Made by a program: the position numbers and the translations under genes. A stretch of DNA of 64,000 bases from Spirochaetia bacterium. GTDB taxonomy: Bacteria; Spirochaetota; Spirochaetia; CADAEX01. This document shows, one piece after another, positions 59,050 to 64,000 of the stretch. The notes beneath the pieces were generated by a model that saw nothing but the letters and a program-made list of their open reading frames with translations, ran no database searches and had not been told where the DNA came from. The DNA lies in NCBI GenBank assembly GCA_963662795.1, contig OY759746.1, forward strand, positions 1,312,001-1,376,000, written 5' to 3'. Numbering within the stretch: position 1 is the first letter of the stretch; every line of letters starts with the position of its first letter.

Positions 59050-59799
59050 TTAAAAATCAATATTTTCAATATTCTGGTATTTATCCATTACAGAGGGAAG
59101 ATCAAATTTGCCTTCATACAGAGCTTTCCCTGTTATAATACCGGCAATCTTTCCTCTGCATCCGGGATTTTCTGTAATTGCCTTAAAATCCCCATCACTG
59201 CTGATACCTCCTGATATTATTACAGGCAGATTTGATTCTTCCGCGATTCTGCAGCTTCTTTCCGTGTCAGGCCCGGTGAGCGTCCCGTCGCGCGAAATAT
59301 TTGTATATATTATGCTGCAGAATCCGCCCTTTGATGCTTTTACAGCGAGTTCTGTATCCTTTATGCCGGAACCTTCCTCCCAGCCCGATATTTTAACCTC
59401 TCCGTCAAGGGCATCAATTCCCGCGATAAAAACCTTTCCGTATTTTCCGATCCATTTCAGGCATTTATCACTCTCGCGGGCAAAAACAGTTCCAAGTATC
59501 AGCCGGTCGATTCCGGCATCCAGAAGCTGCCTTATATCCTCTTCTCCCCTAATGCCGCCCCCAAGTTCCAGAACAGCGTTTACATTTTCCCTTATCCCGG
59601 CAATCATCTTTCTGTTGTTTTTCCCATCTCCCCGTGCGGCATCGAGGTCGACAATATGTATCCTCTTCGCGCCGGCATGTTCAAACTCTTTCGCGACTGA
59701 TACAGCATCAGTTCCATATACCGTAACCCTGCTGTAGTCGCCTTTATAGAGTCTTACGCATTTTCCGTCAAGTATATCTATCGCGGGTATTATAAGCAC
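59050..59799 (-). CDS. hisA: ProFAR isomerase
   Basis: IIPAID..GKCVRL.KG, HIVDLD, GGGIR, T.ISRDGTL.GP, GKALY. Confidence 0.95.
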   Translation of the reverse strand: MLIIPAIDILDGKCVRLYKGDYSRVTVYGTDAVSVAKEFEHAGAKRIHIVDLDAARGDGKNNRKMIAGIRENVNAVLELGGGIRGEEDIRQLLDAGIDRLILGTVFARESDKCLKWIGKYGKVFIAGIDALDGEVKISGWEEGSGIKDTELAVKASKGGFCSIIYTNISRDGTLTGPDTERSCRIAEESNLPVIISGGISSDGDFKAITENPGCRGKIAGIITGKALYEGKFDLPSVMDKYQNIENIDF

Positions 59800-59803
59800 T
59801 TCT

Positions 59804-61492
59804 CTATTCCGAAACCTTGTACCGTTTTATCTTTTTTGTCGTTGTCATTTCAAGGGGCTCTTCAAGCACTTTAATGCTTGTTATCCACATATACTGCTGA
59901 AGAGTTTTGTTTACCTCGCTTACAATTTCCCGTATCCTCTCTTCCAGCTCCGCCTGAACATATTTACCCCTCATTTCTTCTGAAGGATAGATTAGCGCCT
60001 CAATCTCCTCAGACATGTTCTTTTTATCCTTTATATATCCGCGGACCAGGACCTGTTCTATTTCATCATACAGCTGGAATTTATCCTCGATTTCCTCCGG
60101 AAATACATTTTTACCGCCTTCTGTAACGATAAGTGATTTTTTACGTCCTGTAAGATAAAGGTAGTTTTCAGAATCAAGATATCCTACATCGCCGGTAAGA
60201 AAATAATTATCCTCAGTCATCACTTCCCTGGTTGCCTTTTCATTTTTATAATAGCCTTTCATCACGATAGGTCCTTTTATCGCGATTTCGCCCCTGCCCT
60301 CCCTGTCCGGATCAATGATTCTGACATCCACATCAGGAATAATCTTTCCTACAGATTTAATTTTGAAATTCTCGACAGGATTCAGTGCTGCAATAGGAGA
60401 TGTTTCTGTCAAGCCGTATCCCTGGACAAAATCAATTCCAAGCTCATTATAGATATTGAATGTTGACGGAGAAAGCGGGCCTCCTCCGCTGATGCAGATT
60501 CTTATTGTTGAAAGGGAAGCTTTTTCCAGCACTGTTTTAAAAAGCTTTTTTCCGATATTTATTTTAAATACTTTTTTAACAAACCCGCTGATAAACAGCA
60601 GTACCTTAATGATTGAATATACAATAATCCCTTTTTCCCTGACTCCTTTCAGTATTCCTTTAAGTATCCTGTTAAAGAGCATTGGGACGCCGAGAAACAT
60701 CGTGACTTTTCCTTTCTTTAAATCCGAGAGAATCTCTTTTACAACCAGTCTAGCGGCAAAAACTACTTCAGCCCCTGTTGCGATTGTTTCAATAAAGACA
60801 GCAAGCATTGAATAGGAATGATGGAGGGGAAGCAGGGCGTAGAAAACATCAGTGTGAAAAATATTGAGATTCATCTGCGCGAGAATAGCATCCTTTACAA
60901 AGTTGGAATGGGTAAGCATAACCCCTTTGGGCGTTCCCGTTGTTCCGGATGTAAAGAGAATGGCAGCCAGATCTTCCGGATCAGTAAAAACAGGCTTATC
61001 AAGCTCCTTTCCTTTAATATCAAGGATATAATCAGGTTTTATCTTTGAAAGGGAATATTTTTTAAACTTTCTGCCGGGCAGACTGCCGATTGAATCATAT
61101 TTTTCTTCATCAACAAAAATTATTTCCGCGTCTGTAAAATCAATCAGGTGGTCAGTCTCCGTATCTGTCAGCATATAGTCGATCGGGACAACAACACCGC
61201 CTGCAGCAAGAACCGCAAGGTACGCTATTGTCCACTCCGGAGAATTTTTTCCGGTAAGAATAACCGCCTGCCCTTTTTTAACATTATCAGAGATAAGTTT
61301 TTCAGCAATTATAAATATCTTTTCCCGCGCCTCACTGTAGGTAAATATTTTTTCTTCAGGAGAATAAGCTGTAAAACACCTGCGCTGTGGAAACCGTGCA
61401 GATGAAACAAGAAACAATTCAGGCAGAGTCGGAACATCTCCGTTAAAAATCTTTCCCCTGAATTCTTCAAGAAATTTGAATGTACTGTACAT
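59804..61492 (-). CDS. Long-chain acyl-CoA synthetase (AMP-binding family)
   Basis: FTSGTTGTPKG, QGYGLTETSP, TGDVG, GRKK...GGKNV.PEEIE. Confidence 0.92.
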   Translation of the reverse strand: MYSTFKFLEEFRGKIFNGDVPTLPELFLVSSARFPQRRCFTAYSPEEKIFTYSEAREKIFIIAEKLISDNVKKGQAVILTGKNSPEWTIAYLAVLAAGGVVVPIDYMLTDTETDHLIDFTDAEIIFVDEEKYDSIGSLPGRKFKKYSLSKIKPDYILDIKGKELDKPVFTDPEDLAAILFTSGTTGTPKGVMLTHSNFVKDAILAQMNLNIFHTDVFYALLPLHHSYSMLAVFIETIATGAEVVFAARLVVKEILSDLKKGKVTMFLGVPMLFNRILKGILKGVREKGIIVYSIIKVLLFISGFVKKVFKINIGKKLFKTVLEKASLSTIRICISGGGPLSPSTFNIYNELGIDFVQGYGLTETSPIAALNPVENFKIKSVGKIIPDVDVRIIDPDREGRGEIAIKGPIVMKGYYKNEKATREVMTEDNYFLTGDVGYLDSENYLYLTGRKKSLIVTEGGKNVFPEEIEDKFQLYDEIEQVLVRGYIKDKKNMSEEIEALIYPSEEMRGKYVQAELEERIREIVSEVNKTLQQYMWITSIKVLEEPLEMTTTKKIKRYKVSE

Positions 61493-61626
61493 AATGGCTC
61501 CCTCCCTTATAACATAATTACTATACTATAAAAAAGAATGGATGTAAAACCAGATAAAATTGAAATATTATTGAAGATTAACTGCCCGTTATTGCTGCCG
61601 CACCGGTAAACCGGTATAATTTTCTG

Positions 61627-62604
61627 ATGAAAACAAGATTCCGGATATTGCTGCCTGCCGCAGCCGCAGTTGCCTTTCTGATCTATTTTGCAGGACCTGA
61701 AATTAATATGGAAACCTCTTTTTCTGATGTACAGATACCGGAAAGCCCTGAAAACATAGAACAATATATCGAATCAGGTGAGGCTGAATATACAGATATT
61801 CGTCCCGGGACAGAAAAAAAAATAGTCTGGGCTGATGCCGGAGGCAGGAAAAGAGTAACTGAATATTCCATTATCTATCTTCACGGCTTTACGGCATCAA
61901 GGACAGAAACCGAACCTGTAACAGCAAATGTTGCATCAGCTCTTGGCGCCAACGTTTTTTACACACGCCTGAAAGGTCACGGACACTACCAGCTTGATGC
62001 CCAGGACAATGTAACCCTTTCAGACTGGCTTTTTGATGCAAAAGAAGCGCTGGAAATAGGGAAAAAAATCGGGGAAAAAGTGATTATCATCTCCTGCTCA
62101 TCAGGCGCACCCCTTGCCGCATGGCTTTGCAGCAATTTTCCTGAAAGCATATATTCTGCGGTAATGATTTCTCCCAATTTCAGACCGGCAGATTCGCGGG
62201 CAATGCTGATAGCAGAAAAATGGGGACCCTTAATCGCGAAACTCTCCGAAGGTGAGATAATTGGAGAACACGAGAAAATTGTCTCTCCTGCACATGCGGC
62301 AGGCTGGAGCTATATATATAAAACTGAGTTTCTTTTCCCGATGATAGCGCTTCTTGAAACTGTAAATAAAACAGATTTTACAAAAATAACCATTCCTCTT
62401 GCAGTTTTTTATTCTCCGGATGACATGATTGTAGATCAGAGGGAAACCATATCAGTTTATGAAAAGTGGGGGGCAGTTAAAAAACAGATATGTAAGGTAG
62501 AAAATCCCGGTGATAAAAATTCCCATATTATATGCGGAGATATTTTCTCTCCTGATACAACCGGCCTGGTTACCGGAGAAATAATTCAATTTATCAGAAA
62601 CTGA
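61627..62604 (+). CDS. Alpha/beta hydrolase (esterase/lysophospholipase-like) with N-terminal anchor
   Basis: YLHGF, GHG, nucleophile elbow SCSSG, DDMIV, SHII. Confidence 0.8.
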   Translation: MKTRFRILLPAAAAVAFLIYFAGPEINMETSFSDVQIPESPENIEQYIESGEAEYTDIRPGTEKKIVWADAGGRKRVTEYSIIYLHGFTASRTETEPVTANVASALGANVFYTRLKGHGHYQLDAQDNVTLSDWLFDAKEALEIGKKIGEKVIIISCSSGAPLAAWLCSNFPESIYSAVMISPNFRPADSRAMLIAEKWGPLIAKLSEGEIIGEHEKIVSPAHAAGWSYIYKTEFLFPMIALLETVNKTDFTKITIPLAVFYSPDDMIVDQRETISVYEKWGAVKKQICKVENPGDKNSHIICGDIFSPDTTGLVTGEIIQFIRN

Positions 62605-63982
62605 ATCTTTTCATTTCCTTTTCAAGCATAACTGCAGAGTGCTCAAGTTCCTCTGTAAGCCGGCTCAGCCCTTCGGATGAAAGAGAGATTGCGCCGGCTG
62701 CTTCTTCTGCGAATGCTGCCGCGGTTTTTGTCTCTGCAGAGGTACTTCGCATCAGCGCCATCTCCCGGCCAACCTCTTCCACCTTCTCCCTTATCTTTGC
62801 GGTACTTTCCGAGACAACATCTGATATGGAATCAAGATCATCTGAAAGGGCAAGGAGTCCTTTTCCGTCTGAATTTATCTTCTTGACCCGCTCCTCAACA
62901 TCAGTAAATGATTCAATAACACCTATTATATCATGATGAATGTTTTTAAAGCTTTCCGAGGTTTTGAGTCCTGCGTCAGAGAATTTGCCTACATTGCCGG
63001 TAATTTCCGACATGCTTCTTGAAATTCCGGAAGTGCTTTCTCCTGTTGAATCAGCAAGCTTTCTTATCTCCTGGGAAACAACCCCGAACCCTTTGCCGGC
63101 ATCCCCGGCATGAGCTGCTTCGATGGCAGCATTCATCGCGAGAATATTTGTCCTGTCAGCAATGTCAGTAATAATTTCAAGGATATTATCAATCTTTTTT
63201 ATGTTATTTTTAATATCTACAATATAGCGCATGGTATCTGCAAGGTTTTTGTTTTCATCTGCCGAACTGTTTACAAGTTTTTTTGAATTTTTAATTTTTT
63301 CCCTGCTGGACTCTGAAACAGCATTTATTGAAGAAAGCATAAGAGTTGTTGTTTCTGATGTTTTTCTGATAATCCCGCCCTGTTGTGAAATCTTCCCGAA
63401 TACACCTTCGATCCTGGTTGTAAGAAGCTCTGAATTCTCCGCTGTCTTTATTACACTCTCATCCAGGATCTCTGTCTGTTTTCTGACTGCCGCAATATTT
63501 TCTATGATGTTTTCAACTGATGTTCTGTTTCCCCTGCTTAACATTCCAAGCTTATCTTTAACAGTTTTATGTGCCTGAAATTGAAGCGTTATCCCGTTCA
63601 TCAGTTTTCTTGTGTTGTTTTTGACAAGATTGAGACTGTTTTTCAGCGATCCAAGTTCATCCCTTGAGTCAAGATCCAGGTCTTCAGACAAAAGATTCCC
63701 TTCCGCAAGACTGATCGCGAGTTTTTTGCAGTCAAATATCCTTTTATTGATACCGGTAAAAAGCAGCAGGATATTAATAATTGTCAGCAATACACCGGCA
63801 GCATTTACCGGAAGGATCCTTTTTATCATTGCATTATTCATCAGCTGCATTCCTGATGCATCAATGGATTCAGCCGCCGCTGAAGCCGGCAGACTGAAAT
63901 ATTTTATTGATATCATCTGTATTGCAATCATTGAGAAAAGAGTCAAAGAGATAACCAGGGTAAACCGCATTGTGATGCTCAT
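62594..63982 (-). CDS. Methyl-accepting chemotaxis protein (may extend beyond window end)
   Basis: Two hydrophobic segments, HAMP-like [27 protein letters not shown]; frame is open to the window edge. Confidence 0.9.
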   Translation of the reverse strand: MSITMRFTLVISLTLFSMIAIQMISIKYFSLPASAAAESIDASGMQLMNNAMIKRILPVNAAGVLLTIINILLLFTGINKRIFDCKKLAISLAEGNLLSEDLDLDSRDELGSLKNSLNLVKNNTRKLMNGITLQFQAHKTVKDKLGMLSRGNRTSVENIIENIAAVRKQTEILDESVIKTAENSELLTTRIEGVFGKISQQGGIIRKTSETTTLMLSSINAVSESSREKIKNSKKLVNSSADENKNLADTMRYIVDIKNNIKKIDNILEIITDIADRTNILAMNAAIEAAHAGDAGKGFGVVSQEIRKLADSTGESTSGISRSMSEITGNVGKFSDAGLKTSESFKNIHHDIIGVIESFTDVEERVKKINSDGKGLLALSDDLDSISDVVSESTAKIREKVEEVGREMALMRSTSAETKTAAAFAEEAAGAISLSSEGLSRLTEELEHSAVMLEKEMKRFSF

Positions 63983-64000
63983 TGAAATGTATCTGTTGTC

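Overview
Gene-dense, AT-rich bacterial chromosomal segment, most likely from a free-living spirochaete (Spirochaetia). Supporting markers are class I LysRS, archaeal-type UMP kinase, tRNA-Arg(GCG) and the lptCAB-rpoN-hpf-hprK-ptsH and holA/uvrC/dnaX neighbourhoods. Most of the window is housekeeping (uvrD, rimO, lolA, pyrH, uvrC, holA, lexA, rpoN, lpt, pyrG, cheRB, pth, recR, dnaX, SRP RNA, six tRNAs, lysS, era, clpP, purC, hisA, two MCPs). The most interesting part is an accessory-looking block next to tRNA-Leu (about 10.2-17.5 kb). It encodes a HEAT-repeat-fused processive GT2 synthase and, translationally coupled to it, a regulator whose three domains (ODP-type metallo-beta-lactamase fold, GGDEF, receiver) have all lost their catalytic residues. 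A divergent TPR + outer-membrane beta-barrel gene and a small protein with the Janus/Ocnus (PHPT1) phosphohistidine-phosphatase motif series complete the block. Together these suggest an uncharacterised minimal synthase-dependent polysaccharide export system. Other leads are a TPR protein with a RING-like C8 finger, a promoter- and terminator-bounded small transcript upstream of era, and structured leaders upstream of rpoN and of the yitJ-like methionine gene. All assignments are by motif recognition only; no searches were run.
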